This document shows positions 51,800 through 64,000 of a stretch of 64,000 bases of DNA, piece after piece. The notes under the pieces are model-generated. The model saw only the letters and a program-made list of their open reading frames with translations. It searched no databases and had not been told where the DNA came from. Made by a program: the position numbers and the translations under genes. Source of the stretch: Amphiscolops sp. MND2022 (lineage: Eukaryota); the NCBI GenBank assembly GCA_964187785.1, contig OZ076418.1, forward strand, positions 58,528,001 through 58,592,000, written 5' to 3'. How positions within the stretch are numbered: the stretch's first letter is position 1; each line of letters begins with the position of its first letter.

Positions 51800-53084
51800 G
51801 GATCATTTGCTGCGTTGGCTCCGTACCAGCATTTTTTGGCTTTGTGTGTTTTACCACATGTGTCACATTTCGGTTTAGGTGGTTCAGTTGTGTTGGTAAC
51901 GCCGTTCTGTGCTTTAGTTTCGTAGTATCGGTCTTTTCGTAATTTGTGGCATTGTGCTTTATAGTGGACTTATTTGCCACAATGGAAACAATTTCCTCGT
52001 TGAGTATGTTCTTTTCTCGTTTCCGTAGGTACGACGTCGACCGAGTTCATTGGTACCAGTGTGGTTTCGTCAGGAGCGCCCAAGCCATTGAAGCGCATCT
52101 CTCTTTCGAGACGTGGGACAATGTCGTTATACGGCTTGTCTTCGAGGTAAGCGCGATTGAGTTTCTTTTTGACATGGTCCGGCATTTTTGCGTACCTTGC
52201 CTTATCGATGATTTTTGCGCCTCTGGACCGAACGCTTCTTTAGCTGTTTGGTTGGGACAAAATGTAGCGAATCCCACTCGCATCTAGCTTTGGAAGACAA
52301 TTGAAACTCTCCAAAGCGCCGCTTGGATGCCGTAATTACTTCCTCATGATTATCTTTTTTGGCGTCTTCTAGGTTGCAATACGCTTGGAGTGCACTGCCA
52401 CGAAGTAGATATTGGAAGGAATTGATTTTTGGTATCTCGGTTAAGTGTGGATACATTTTTATATTGTTTCTGTTTAGGTCCTCGAAAAATTCGATATTTT
52501 CAGACTTACCATCAAACACAGGTAGCGATGCTGTGAGTGCTTTTGGCATAGGGGGGAGGTGAGGCGGTTGGTGGATCTCCGGTTGCGGCGCGAATAGAAG
52601 TATTGATGTCGAGGGGCCTTCGTTGGGTGGCTTTGTGGGCGATGTGGTCGTGTCTTCTTTTTCCCCAAATTCGTGGAGTCAATGAGGACTCATGTCACCA
52701 TGTGTTACGACTATTAACCGGTGTTATTTTATGTGTAGTCGCAGTAGTTTTAGTTTTGATAGGTGTTGAAGTTGCTGTTGCTGGGACGTTTTCGGTTTCA
52801 GAATCAGTCTCGCCTGGGACAGTTAATTCAGTTTGGTTTTTGGTCGCTGGGGCAATTAGTTTCAGCAATTCGTTTTGGTTTTCAACGAAGATTTTTGCCA
52901 AATCAGACATTATCTCTTTTTTGATAGCGGATTTCATTTCCTCCAGGATTTCAGTTTGTACTTTAGGAGACTTGCTCGTTCCTACTACGGGATTTAACTT
53001 TTGACTATTTCCAACCAAAGGAGTTTCATTCTTGGTAGAGACTAGTTCTTCTACAGCTTTTCCTCTAGGACTTTTAGTTGTCAT
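51800..53084 (-). pseudogene. gag: Family B Gag with two zinc knuckles
   Basis: MTTKSPRG...; MPKALTASLPVFDGKSE...LLRGSALQ; CFHCGK*VHYKAQC at 51949-51990; CDTCGKTHKAKKC. Confidence 0.88.
52686..52700 (-). promoter_or_regulatory. Primer-binding site, tRNA-Leu-like
   Basis: TGGTGACATGAGTCC 2 nt after the LTR end; resembles the complement of tRNA-Leu 3' ends as I recall them (TGGTGTCAGGAGT). Confidence 0.55.
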
Positions 53085-54756
53085 TCTGAGAAGAGAAAGA
53101 GAGAAAGAGATCTTTGGAAACTTAGAATTCTTCAAAGAAAAATTTAGTTTTCACAAGCAGAGTATTATCGTGACGGAAAGATTATTGATTGATTCAATTA
53201 CGAAACCTTTAGGTACATATACCTTCTCAGCATCTTTTGTTCCTCACCTAAAAATTCCTAGGAATCCCTAAAATCGGTTTTGTTCACTAAAACGCTTAAT
53301 CATCTCTATTATTTCAGCCCTTCAATTGATTGTTCATATTTTGATATTCCTAGACACGTCTCCCTTACGGAGCACTTGTTGGAATCATTTTTCAACAATT
53401 TCCTTTCCGGTTTGAGTTTATATCAAGGAAAACACGCTGACGTGATCAATGATTCAGCTCAAGACTAGCGAAAATCACCTTCTTGCGGCAAAAGAATGAC
53501 AAGCAGAAAAATGGCTGCGGAGATATTCCGGATGATTTTACATCAAAGTGCTAGAATAATTGAACCATGGAAAGGAACAAACGATGCTGGAAGATGATCA
53601 ATACTAATTGGCAATTGAATTGGCATGTATCTTAAAGCAGAACTGTTCAAAATCAACTCTACATGCACAAAGATCATAATGACTAGATCAACTAGCTCAA
53701 CAATTATCACAACGTAATAAAATAACGAGATACAAAATACCTTTTCCAAGGGATAAGGAGCACCTTTCCAATACAAGCACAATGCACTTGTTTAAACATT
53801 TCCCTTGTCTTAACCTGCAGCACGACTATTTTATTATTTCAAATGAGACGTGAATTATTCGGTATGGTGTGACCTTTATTTCAAAAGATTCTAATTTTCC
53901 ATAAAGATGTCATGCAATTTAGAAAGTATCAACATGAACTATAGTAATCTTGTTCTTTACCACTCGTTCCGCACGTGTTCTGTACGTATTAAGATTAGGT
54001 ATAGCCTCGACATTTTACTATTCACTTCGTAAACACTCCGTAAATGCTCGCTACGTATTAGGATTAGGTATAACGAGCTTGCTAGCTGCGGATCTAGAGC
54101 GGAGCAATATGTCATTCTAAAATCATTCTTAGTGACGTCAGTTGAACACCTCCCACCGGTTCGAGCGCAAATATACCGGCCTTAGCGGTGACGTTTTTGG
54201 TCCGTAAAATTAGAAACACCAGTTGCTTGTTTAGCTTAGTGACGCTGATATTGTGAATGCTCGCTCAAATCACTTAGCTGTAATTTGAGTGGGTATTTGC
54301 AACTACTTCAGCTATAGAAAAACAATCATCCTATATTACTTTCTATGTTCTTTTCATTTTAGATCGTTTGGATTCCGTTAGGATCGCGGCATTGAATGCA
54401 TTGATGTTTCATTTTAGTGTGGAGAAGATAAAAGATCCTAATGTTGAGAAATGTTCTCGTTTTGTTATTTAGATTAGTATGGAAATTTCAGAAGAAGCCA
54501 CCGGAAGTAGAGAAATATGGTTGCATGTGAAAACATTGATTCGGAAATTTTGTTTCGTTCGAAAATCACTTTCAAATATTTAGCGTTTCGCTTTCGCACA
54601 TTCAGAATCTTTCAACCTTAATATATTGTCGTGCTACAGTTTAAGAGAACAAGGTAAGTTGTTTTTACTTTTTGAAGACGCCATGACCAAGTCCAGAGGC
54701 GATTTTATATATTCCTTCGTGGCATGTAGAACACCGACCGGGAGCGTGTCGTGACA
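52703..54756 (-). repeat. Family B 5' LTR (2054 bp, with a ~168-bp insertion at 54147-54314)
   Basis: Minus strand TGTCACGAC...GTCGTAACA. Confidence 0.85.
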
Positions 54757-56799
54757 CCTCCAGCGTGGGGGAACTCCTGGTACTAAAACAAGTCGCCGCC
54801 ATTGTCAGGGGCTACCTGGTTCTGGTTGTTAGCGCAGGCGGATGCCTCCGACAGAAAGTTTCCCTTGCATCAACTGATATATATTTTCTAACTGTCCAGG
54901 GAATTGACAAAATTGAGCCACCGGCGCTCGTGGTGACAATCAGCGAGTGATCTGTCCTGCGAGCGGTCCATATTTGTATCCTGTTAGATGTGATGCAAAT
55001 TATCAAAGCACACAGAGTGATGCTCTATTGAGTTCCATGGAAATACTTATATCTCTCATGTCGATGTAAACTTGTAGACACGTCTCCCTTACGGAGCACT
55101 TGTTGGAATCATTTTTCAACAATTTCCTTTCCGGTTTGAGTTTATATCAAGGAAAACACGCTGACATGATCAATGATTCAGCTCAAGACTAGCGAAAATC
55201 ACCTTCTTGCGGCAAAAGAATGACAAGCAGAAAAATGGCTGCGGAGATATTCCGGATGATTTTACATCAAAGTGCTAGAATAATTGAAGCATGGAAAGGA
55301 ACAAACGATGCTGGAAGATGATCAATACTAATTGGCAATTGAATTTGCATGTATCTTAAAGCAGAACTGTTCAAAATCAACTCTACATGCACAAAGATCA
55401 TAATGACTAGATCAACTAGCTCAACAATTATCACAACGTAACAAAATAACGAGATACAAAATACCTTTTCCAAGGGATAAGGAGCACCTTTCCAATACAA
55501 GCACAATGCACTTGTTTAAACATTTCCCTTGTCTTAACCTGCAGCACGACTATTTTATTATTTCAAATGAGACGTGAATTATTCGGTATGGTGTGACCTT
55601 TATTTCAAAAGATTCTAATTTTCCATAAAGATGTCATGCAATTTAGAAAGTATCAACATGAACTATAGTAATCTTGTTCTTTACCACTCGTTCCGCACGT
55701 GTTCTGTACGTATTAAGATTAGGTATAGCCTCGACATTTTACTATTCACTTCGTAAACACTCCGTAAATGCTCGCTACGTATTAGGATTAGGTATAACGA
55801 GCTTGCTAGCTGCGGATCTAGAGCGGAGCAATATGTCATTCTAAAATCATTCTTAGTGACGTCAGTTGAACACCTCCCACCGGTTCGAGCGCAAATATAC
55901 CGGCCTTAGCGGTGACGTTTTTGGTCCGTAAAATTAGAAACACCAGTTGCTTGTTTAGCTTAGTGACGCTGATATTGTGAATGCTCGCTCAAATCACTTA
56001 GCTGTAATTTGAGTGGGTATTTGCAACTACTTCAGCTATAGAAAAACAATCATCCTATATTACTTTCTATGTTCTTTTCATTTTAGATCGTTTGGATTCC
56101 GTTAGGATCGCGGCATTGAATGCATTGATGTTTCATTTTAGTGTGGAGAAGATAAAAGATCCTAATGTTGAGAAATGTTCTCGTTTTGTTATTTAGATTA
56201 GTATGGAAATTTCAGAAGAAGCCACCGGAAGTAGAGAAATATGGTTGCATGTGAAAACATTGATTCGGAAATTTTGTTTCGTTCGAAAATCACTTTCAAA
56301 TTTTAGCGTTTCGCTTTCGCACATTCAGAATCTTTCAACCTTAATATATTGTCGTGCTACAGTTTAAGAGAACAAGGTAAGTTGTTTTTACTTTTTGAAG
56401 ACGCCATGACCAAGTCCAGAGGCGATTTTATATATTCCTTCGTGGCATGTAGAACACCGACCGGGAGCGTGTCGTGACACCTCCAGCGTGGGGGAACTCC
56501 TGGTACTAAAACAAGTCGCCGCCATTGTCAGGGGCTACCTGGTTCTGGTTGTTAGCGCAGGCGGATGCCTCCGACAGAAAGTTTCCCTTGCATCAACTGA
56601 TATATATTTTCTAACTGTCCAGGGAATTGACAAAATTGAGCCACCGGCGCTCGTGGTGACAATCAGCGAGTGATCTGTCCTGCGAGCGGTCCATATTTGT
56701 ATCCTGTTAGATGTGATGCAAATTATCAAAGCACACAGAGTGATGCTCTATTGAGTTCCATGGAAATACTTATATCTCTCATGTCGATGTAAACTTGTA
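53351..56799. repeat. Tandem duplication, ~1724-bp unit x2, spanning the LTR end and flank
   Basis: TAGACACGTCTCCCTTACGG at 53351 and 55075; TA microhomology; copies nearly identical. Confidence 0.95.
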
Positions 56800-58671
56800 T
56801 CTCAAAAGTAACTTTCAAATCAGAAAAATTGGAACAGTTCAAAAACGATTTACCTAAAGACAAATCCTTATGAAAACCATAGAACGCGTTAAATGGTTTT
56901 TATGTTTTATTAGACTTGTGTTACTTGTGTTGCAAGGGATATACTTTGTTTTAAAAAAGGATAGAATTTTCAAGCAAAGATGAGCTTATGTTTTTTTCCG
57001 AGTTGGAATCAGCTTCGAGTTGGTTTTAAACGTCGCTTGATATAGAACACTGCAGTGGCGGAAACTGACACCCAGCCATTAAATTTAAAATCCAGAGCAA
57101 CCACAGCAGCAACAGCTGCTGCAAAAACTCATACGACTCGACTTCTGAACTGACTACTAGTTTGTAAAACATCATCTTCTTCGACAACTCGACCAATTCG
57201 CTTCCAGTCTTTATTTTTTCTCAGACGTTCAAATTTCGTCAGTCAAAAATTACGGCATAAATGACTCTACTCTAAAATCTATAAGTTGACTGAAGTTGGT
57301 TAGCGTCAAAAGGGCAGTAAATATGATGGAAATGTCTCACACTTCTAAAACCATTATATTAAACTCCGAGTTTCAGATGCATCTCTTTGGACAGCTCGAT
57401 AGAATTCATTTGAATTGGGAATACGTGGGAAGTTTCTCGAGAATCTCTGATGATAAATCAGATTTCCAACCTACGAAAACTTGTGAAAGATCAAGACGCT
57501 GTAACGATGGTTTGGACCTTGGTGCATGGTTTGGACCTCGTCAAAGCTTAGAGTGTTCATCATATGTCCGATTTCAAAGCTATGCACGAGCAAAAACATG
57601 GATAGCTTCTTCTAAAAGACACATTGGGATGGTGTTCTTTCAGCAAACGAGGAACAAATGTCTTGATGGCAAAAGCTCTTCGGTAAAATTTTCAATTGAT
57701 AATATGTGAAAGAGAACATAAACCACTCATTGAACATGATGTAAGGCCACATCCTCAATGTTGTAAAATTTTTCACAATTATTCGATAGACCCATCACTT
57801 CTGAATGTAATAACTTAAACTGTTTTTTTATTTTATCCCGGTTCTTTATCCATCTTGAAAGTCCCAACTGCCCACAAACGTTTCAGACAAGTGAGATGTA
57901 CAACGGAACTGAAACAAAACTTTTTTTTCGATTTCGTTTGTTTTCATACGACGCTAAAAGATACAATGCCATCAAGTATACAAAACCCTTTCTTGTTCAG
58001 GACGCCATGAAGAAACGTTCAGTATCGGAATAAATTGCGCAATGATTGAAAACACTTTTTCAAGCTCAGTTGTTTACACGAACTAAAACTTCTTCCTTAT
58101 ATCCGGTATTGGGACTAGAAAAAAATTCGAATGTGTCGCAAAGTTTGGATTTCTCATCAAAAAAATAATCTCATACTGATTATTCAAATTAAATTATCTA
58201 AGTTTTCTCGAGTGTTTTCTGTAATTCACTCAGTTTTTTAGAAAAGAATTTATTTTTTTAAGCAACAGAGCTGGGGTTTACACAATCGTTTTTACGAAGA
58301 AAATTACAAGAGAAATTTTGAGTTAATTGACAGATATTTTTCTACTTCTCATCGATAAATTTCTAAACACATATTTTTGTTTTTTGTTAGGAAGTGTCTA
58401 ACCGCGTCAGCGTTCGCATTCTCTCGATCAGGAAACTTTTTTCACTGACATCGCGGGATGGACGCCCAATAACAGCAGTTCTGCTGTTTAGAGTCGGCTC
58501 CCTTTTGGATCACATCAAAGACATGTCCAAATGAATTCATGATCTTGAATAACTTGGTCAATTGTATAAAAGGACATTTGTATAAGCTTGTGTAAAAATT
58601 TGTACACTGTTGTTTCAAGCTTTTGATTTAAGTTCAACACTTCCAAATAGAAAGAAACTTGAAAATGATAC

Positions 58672-58866
58672 CTCGACAATAGATCTCAATTTCTGTGATA
58701 TAAAGTTCATTAGATGGATGTGAAAGCTTGATGAAGGATGCTCGTTTGTTACATATCACGGTCCCCCAGTAAAATTTATCAAGCTTTCCTACTGTCCCAC
58801 ATTTGGAACAGGACTCATCACTTGCATCCAAACATGCAAGAACTTCCGTGCCACTCGTTAGGTCAT
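58672..58866 (-). CDS. Probable host exon, C-terminal half of an F5/8C / fucolectin-like (galactose-binding-like) domain
   Basis: TTTTCGTTGTCTAG acceptor, GT donor, 195 nt, phase 1-1, no stop; GTEVLAC...CSKCGTVG...WGTVICNKRASFIKLSHPSNELYITEIEIYC. Confidence 0.5.
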
Positions 58867-59858
58867 CTAGACAACGAAAAATGACTATAATCTATTTTCA
58901 AACTCTGAAATGAATGAAATCTAAACATGAAGGAAGTTTAATTTAAATAATTATTGACAAAGCGAAGCATCTCCTACTTTTGATGCTGCAACGTCCATCA
59001 GCTTAGTAACTGAACAATACCGGCAAGGAGTATGGCACATAAACTTTCCGCATTGGAAGGTACCTATGATCAGTTTAGAACACCTCTAAGAGCACCCGAG
59101 CCCAGAGAGAAAGAGATACAGAACCCACACTCTCTGTATGATACAAAACATTTCCGTGTAGTGCCACCTTCTGCTATAGAACACATGCAGACGCCCTGTA
59201 ATGAATTAACACCCAGGAACTTTTGCATTGACTGTCATTCAAAAAGTCATTACAATGTTTAACTAATAAATCTCGCTGCGTTAATATTGCCTTTAAGGTG
59301 TAAGGAAAGTTATCATCTGTCAGATCCTTTATTTTGATCATGTAAGTACTAGTTTGACCTCACTCACTGGGGAGTAAGTATGAAGTCTCAGTTACTTGTC
59401 GGACGTGTCTGGACTTCGAATGTGTCAGCATGTCGTTGTGGATCTTGGAAATGAGAAGTCTCCTCGACCTTGAACCCCATAACCCCCCCATGGGGCATTC
59501 CCATGTAAAACAATTATTCTTTTTCTGCGTCAAAATTGTTTCTTCCTGGTTTCCGGCCGTGAAAGGTCCAGATCTAGAAAAAAGGTTTTGGAGAGTGCCC
59601 AGAATCTTCAATAACTGTCTCGAGGCTGTCACACTTGACCAGATATATGACCGCAAAAATTCTTATAGATCGACATCTTGACATCCGAAACCCACTTCAA
59701 GTTGATGTTTCATTACTTTGTAGTCTATAAATCTATTTAGCGATGCTTCTGTTATCCAGATTTTTTTATTATTTTGTAATTTACTAATATTTTTGATGAT
59801 GCTTCAACCGAGTAGTCTAAATTAATCTAGTTTCCACATAATCTAAAGTATACACCCT

Positions 59859-60073
59859 CATTACAGTGCATAGGCAAGCTATTTTGCTGCTCGTCGTGGA
59901 ATCCGGGACACGAAAATTCCGTTGCTTGTCCGTGGAATGCTTGTCCGTGGAATCCAGGACTTATGACGTAATTTGCCAATTTTGCACGGTTAAAGGTATG
60001 GTCGTGGAATCCGAGGTATTCAAAGCACAAAATTGTGCTTTGAGCAACTTCAGCTTGCCTATGCACTCTAATG
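59859..60073. mobile_element. 215-bp MITE (second copy), CT target duplication
   Basis: TIR CATTACAGTGCATAGGCAAGCT / AGCTTGCCTATGCACTCTAATG, flanked by CT...CT. Confidence 0.9.
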
Positions 60074-60138
60074 CTGATGACAGTTATATTGTATAAAAAA
60101 GATCGACCTCATACGAGACAACGGTTCATGGTTAAAAC

Positions 60139-60595
60139 TGTATAACTTTTTATGAACATATTTAATCTAATGAGATCAGTATTACATCCGTTTTAGGCAG
60201 TTTAGATGGTGCGACCACTGAAACTATTTTCTTTCTGTCTCTTTGCACAACTCTACTCTTCTTGTACACGTTTTCTCGATTTCATAGTTAGATATTTCAT
60301 GGTTCGACACACTGACTCTCCTCTTCTTTGACTCATCTACAATTTTTACCCTTCCGTTCCAACCAATTGTTCCGGGAAATTGATTCGTGTTGGAATGTCT
60401 CTGACTGCGTACCCAACGTAATTGCTCTCATTTTAAATCTCTGCTCCCTTCCAACGACTACCAAAGTGATACGTGTTGATTTTCTCTTCTATCGGACCAA
60501 CAACAGACGTTCCAACCACCTTCTCCAAATGACATCCAGTAACGACTCCTGCTAGTAAACTTGGTTCTAGCCAATCGGGTCAACTCCTTGGCACA
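60139..60595 (+). repeat. Family A LTR (457 bp)
   Basis: TGTATAACTT...TGGTGCGACCAC...GTGATACGTGTTG...CCTGCTAGT...TTGGCACA. Confidence 0.7.
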
Positions 60596-60819
60596 CAATC
60601 ACAACTCTCACGTCCTCATATAAAACTAACGTTTATACTCTTTAACTCTTTTTGACACATTATACCAACCCCTTTTTAATCACAAAAACCACTTTGATTT
60701 AACAGTGGGTGGTCCATAAACCTTCACATCAACCATAGACCGTTTTATGACCTTTTACACAAAAATACTCCTCGGACTTGGACCCAAGAATATAAAACTT
60801 TACTCCAAGAACTTGAAAA

Positions 60820-61400
60820 TGCACTTACTTCAGATACAGATCGTGCAAAACCAAGACAAACATCTTTTCTACACAAGCGTTGACGCCTACTTAATTGGAT
60901 TAGGAGATGTCATTTTTCATGCAAACAAAAATAAAACTCTCGCATACTCAATCATCAACACTAGGTCGTGAATTATTCGGCATAGTAAAATCCCTGCAAA
61001 CTTATGAGTTCCTTGTTATAGGATCTTCACACCTGGTCCATAAATTTACAGATCATAAGCCTCTTTTACCCTGCTTTACAAAAAAAGCAGTCTTAGTGCA
61101 CGCTTTTATCGAGCCCAAATGCAACCTACAAAATTCTTGTACATTAAAACCATTCATACCCTTGCAAACAACTAGTCTATTACTGACAAGCTTAGCCGTT
61201 ATTTCACTAAAAGAGATTTCCAACTTAATCAACCAGAACACAAACAACTCTCATCTCAAATCGACTTTGCTATCTCACATGATAATAGTTTACAACCCGT
61301 CCACTATCTAATTTAACATTAATTGAAGTATTACTTGCATCAAAATCAAGATTCTCAACCTATCCTCGCTGAGTATGAAACAGGTCAGTTTTTTTCCGTA
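60820..61400 (+). pseudogene. pol: RNase H fragment (family A)
   Basis: SVDAYLIGLG; STLGRELFGIVKSLQTYEFLVIGS; FTDHKPLL. Confidence 0.85.
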
Positions 61401-62289
61401 TAAACAGTAGAGGTAACGACGTAGTTTTCATTTCTCTAGACGCCTTTTCTTTTAATTCCATCTTCCCTTTCGAACCTAATTCAAACCACATGCTAAAAAA
61501 CAGTTTAACAGTAGGGCGGGTACACTACTTAAACTTTATTACAAGGGTCTTAAACATACACAAAACTAAAACGAAGAAAACAGCACCTTCACGACAAACA
61601 ACACATGTCTAATACACAGATTTTGTTGCTTTCTGTTGGCGCATTTGTACGTGTCGTTTTACTTCTTTGGTTTTGTTTTGGTCTTATAGCTATTGTTTTC
61701 CTTGTTTTTGATCACTTTCCTCTTTCGTATCCTCTTCATCCCAACGTTTTGAACTTACCATATGTTACGATGTTTATTACCTTACTTCTACTTCCTGGAC
61801 TTTTTAGTTTTTACCATACATTCCTAACCATATTAACATAAATATCACATATTAACACATATTAATTAACAAATTAATTAACACATATATTAGGAAACAT
61901 ATTAACACAAAATCTCTGAAAAAACAACCTCCATTTTTGATTACAACATCCAAAATCTCTGAACAAAACAATCTCCATTTGTGATAACAACAAGATTTTT
62001 TACACATAACAAAATTCCAGTATAAGTTTCCCAGAACACACTCAATGAGGACACGATTCAGCCTTTTCATCTAGTGCTTAAACTTTTAGTGCAAGTGGCG
62101 AACTGTTTCATTGTCTTTTTTGACAAGTTTTTTTGACAAGTTTTTTTGACAAGAGAGATAGTAGAAGTCAAGGCAAAATATGAAAACTTGTTATCCTTAA
62201 TTCGTACCGAGCAACACGGGTAATTGTTTTTGGAAAGGAGGTAAAATGATAGATAGGAATATGGAGCATTTCAAAATCTGAATCAGTAG

Positions 62290-64000
62290 AGTTAGAGAAT
62301 CATCAAAATGATCATGTGGAGAAGGTGAACGAGGAAGATTTCGATAAATAGGAGGAAGGTGAGATATTGGTTTTGATTAGCAATGGGTTTAATCGAGGTA
62401 TGAGGTTGAAAATTTTCAAGCGGATTATCATCATCAGGTGGAGGGGAGTTAAAACTAATATCTTGGTAAGAGTCAGTATCGTGGTTCTTCAAAACAGAAG
62501 GTGGTGAATGATATCGACGGAGATATGGGAAACTTTTAGATTCTTTGGGGTAGTAATGTAGAACATGGTTTCGATGGGTGTGGAATGTAGAACCATCTTG
62601 GGCCATAAGTTCAAAGGTAACATCAGAGAGATGTTGTATAATTTTATATGGACCCAGACCAAGGGGTTTGAGTTTATTGGAGACTTCGACAGGTTTAAAA
62701 TTGGCGTGTGTAACAAAGGTCTTAAGAGGGAAATGTTTTGGGTGTATGGTTTCAAAGGTGGAATTTTGTGAGTTTAGTTTATTTGTAATATGTCGATGGA
62801 CAGTAGAATAGATTTCTATTGTCGCATGTTCAGCTGGAAGGAGCCATAGAGAAATAGGTTTGGTTATGAGTGAATGAAAAAATAGACTAGGATCTTGATC
62901 CTCAAAATGTATGAGGAGGAGGTGAATTGCAATATGTGGCAGTAATATGTTGGGATGATTAGCATGTTAATTAAGGAGACAAGGTTGAAGGAAAACGAGG
63001 ATGAGTATGAGAAACAATTTAATTAGGGGAAAGTTTAAAATACGATAAAGGAGTGGTTTTTTGAGCATAAGCATACATTTGAGTTTGGAATGTCCAATTA
63101 TTTTGAGGGTTTTGTAAAAAACAGACGGAGTTGAGTTCCAAGATTTCGATTTTGGTTTTCCACTAAACTGTTTGTCCAAGTTGAATGGGAAGTTCGTGGT
63201 GGATGAATAATATTGAAGAGAGAGCAAAGGTGAGTCATATCTTGATTAATCAGTGACGAGATATTAAGATGGACCAAATTTAGTGATCCAATGACGGAAT
63301 AATGTTTAAATAGCATATTTAGAGGCGGTTTGAGGGGCAGGGCTGAAAGCATCAAGTTTTACAAAAAAAAAACAGAATTTCATTGGGACGAAAGAAAAAT
63401 AGGTCCTTCAGTGTCCATATTTATTCTATAGTTAAAATGAGTTGCATTTTCAAAAAATGAGAGTGGGAACATATTATTAGGTTTAATAGGAAAATGTTCG
63501 TTTGTTTTGCATTCAATACAATTATAAATGAAGCTAGAGAACCATAGAGGCAGTTGAGTAATATAGTAAAATTGGTTAAAAGCTCTGATGGAGAGTTTTT
63601 CGCCGGAGTGACCATGCGAGTCAAAAGCAGCATAAACGAGTTTAAATAGTGATCAGATACGAGTTTGGTTAACAGACGGTTCAGTTGTGATGAAGACTTC
63701 TTCAAAATTTTGGGAGTTTGTGGTACAATATTGAATGAGGTGTGGGTTAGGATCAATACATGGTAGGGTTAGAGGAAAGAGTTAGCTTTATTAACTGGAG
63801 TTAAAATGGGTTTTTGTTTTTGTTTTAACCAGTAGAGAGGACAAGATCATCCTTTTGATCTTGAAGAAGAATGGGTATGGATGAAAAGGAATCAGAAGAA
63901 AGAAAAGAAATTTCAAAAGCTTTACAATGAGTAAAGACGGATGGGTCATAGAATGGCAGTGAACTTGTAGATGAAGGTTTAATGGGAGTGTGGATAATAG
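62290..64000 (-). pseudogene. pol: Integrase with GPY/F module (family A), reverse orientation
   Basis: SHGHSGEK, NCIEC, MDTEGP, WTNSLVENQNRNLG; LGPYKIIQHLSDVTFELMAQDG at ~62.6 kb. Confidence 0.88.

Larger units (their letters stand above)
50347..54756 (-). mobile_element. 5' half of a family B element (5' LTR, PBS, gag, protease, RT start)
   Basis: Domain order on the minus strand; cut by the gap. Confidence 0.9.

Noticed and set aside
50451-53004. Plus-strand hydrophobic ORFs
   Set aside because: Antisense shadows of family B gag-pol.
57000-57720. 137-aa ORF and neighbouring frames
   Set aside because: No recognisable motif, splice structure or second copy.
59360-59690. Signal-peptide-like exon (MSRCRSIRIFAVIYLVKC) for the lectin-like gene
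   Set aside because: The frame closes soon after and no consistent splice path to 58866 was found.
61830-62150. Short CATATTAAC, 43-bp and GACAAGTTTTTT repeats
   Set aside because: Ordinary slippage repeats with no supporting context.

Overview
AT-rich eukaryotic, probably animal, DNA with one 200-N scaffold gap (50147-50346). Roughly 90% of the window is nested, decayed Ty3/Gypsy LTR retrotransposons of two families, rearranged by four local tandem duplications. Family A has ~460-540 bp LTRs (TGTA...TTGG[C/T]ACA), a long Gag with a Q/N/T-rich linker, and pol motifs of the Gypsy type including GPY/F. Its long 3' region carries a degenerate class III fusion-protein-like env (herpes gB/chuvirus G signature C-E-x15-N-P) followed by several unrecognised accessory ORFs. 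Family B has ~1.8-2.05 kb LTRs (TG[C/T]CACGAC...GTCGTAACA). In it, Gag starts ~120 codons inside the LTR and runs across a tRNA-Leu-like PBS, an extra sense ORF runs into U3, and there is a candidate antisense ORF cluster. Also present are two copies of a 215-bp MITE with 2-bp TSDs and one probable host exon (F5/8C/fucolectin-like). No intact TE ORF set, rRNA, tRNA or CRISPR array was seen. Protein-family calls come from manual translation and motif recognition, not database searches. Most boundaries are approximate unless a junction is quoted.
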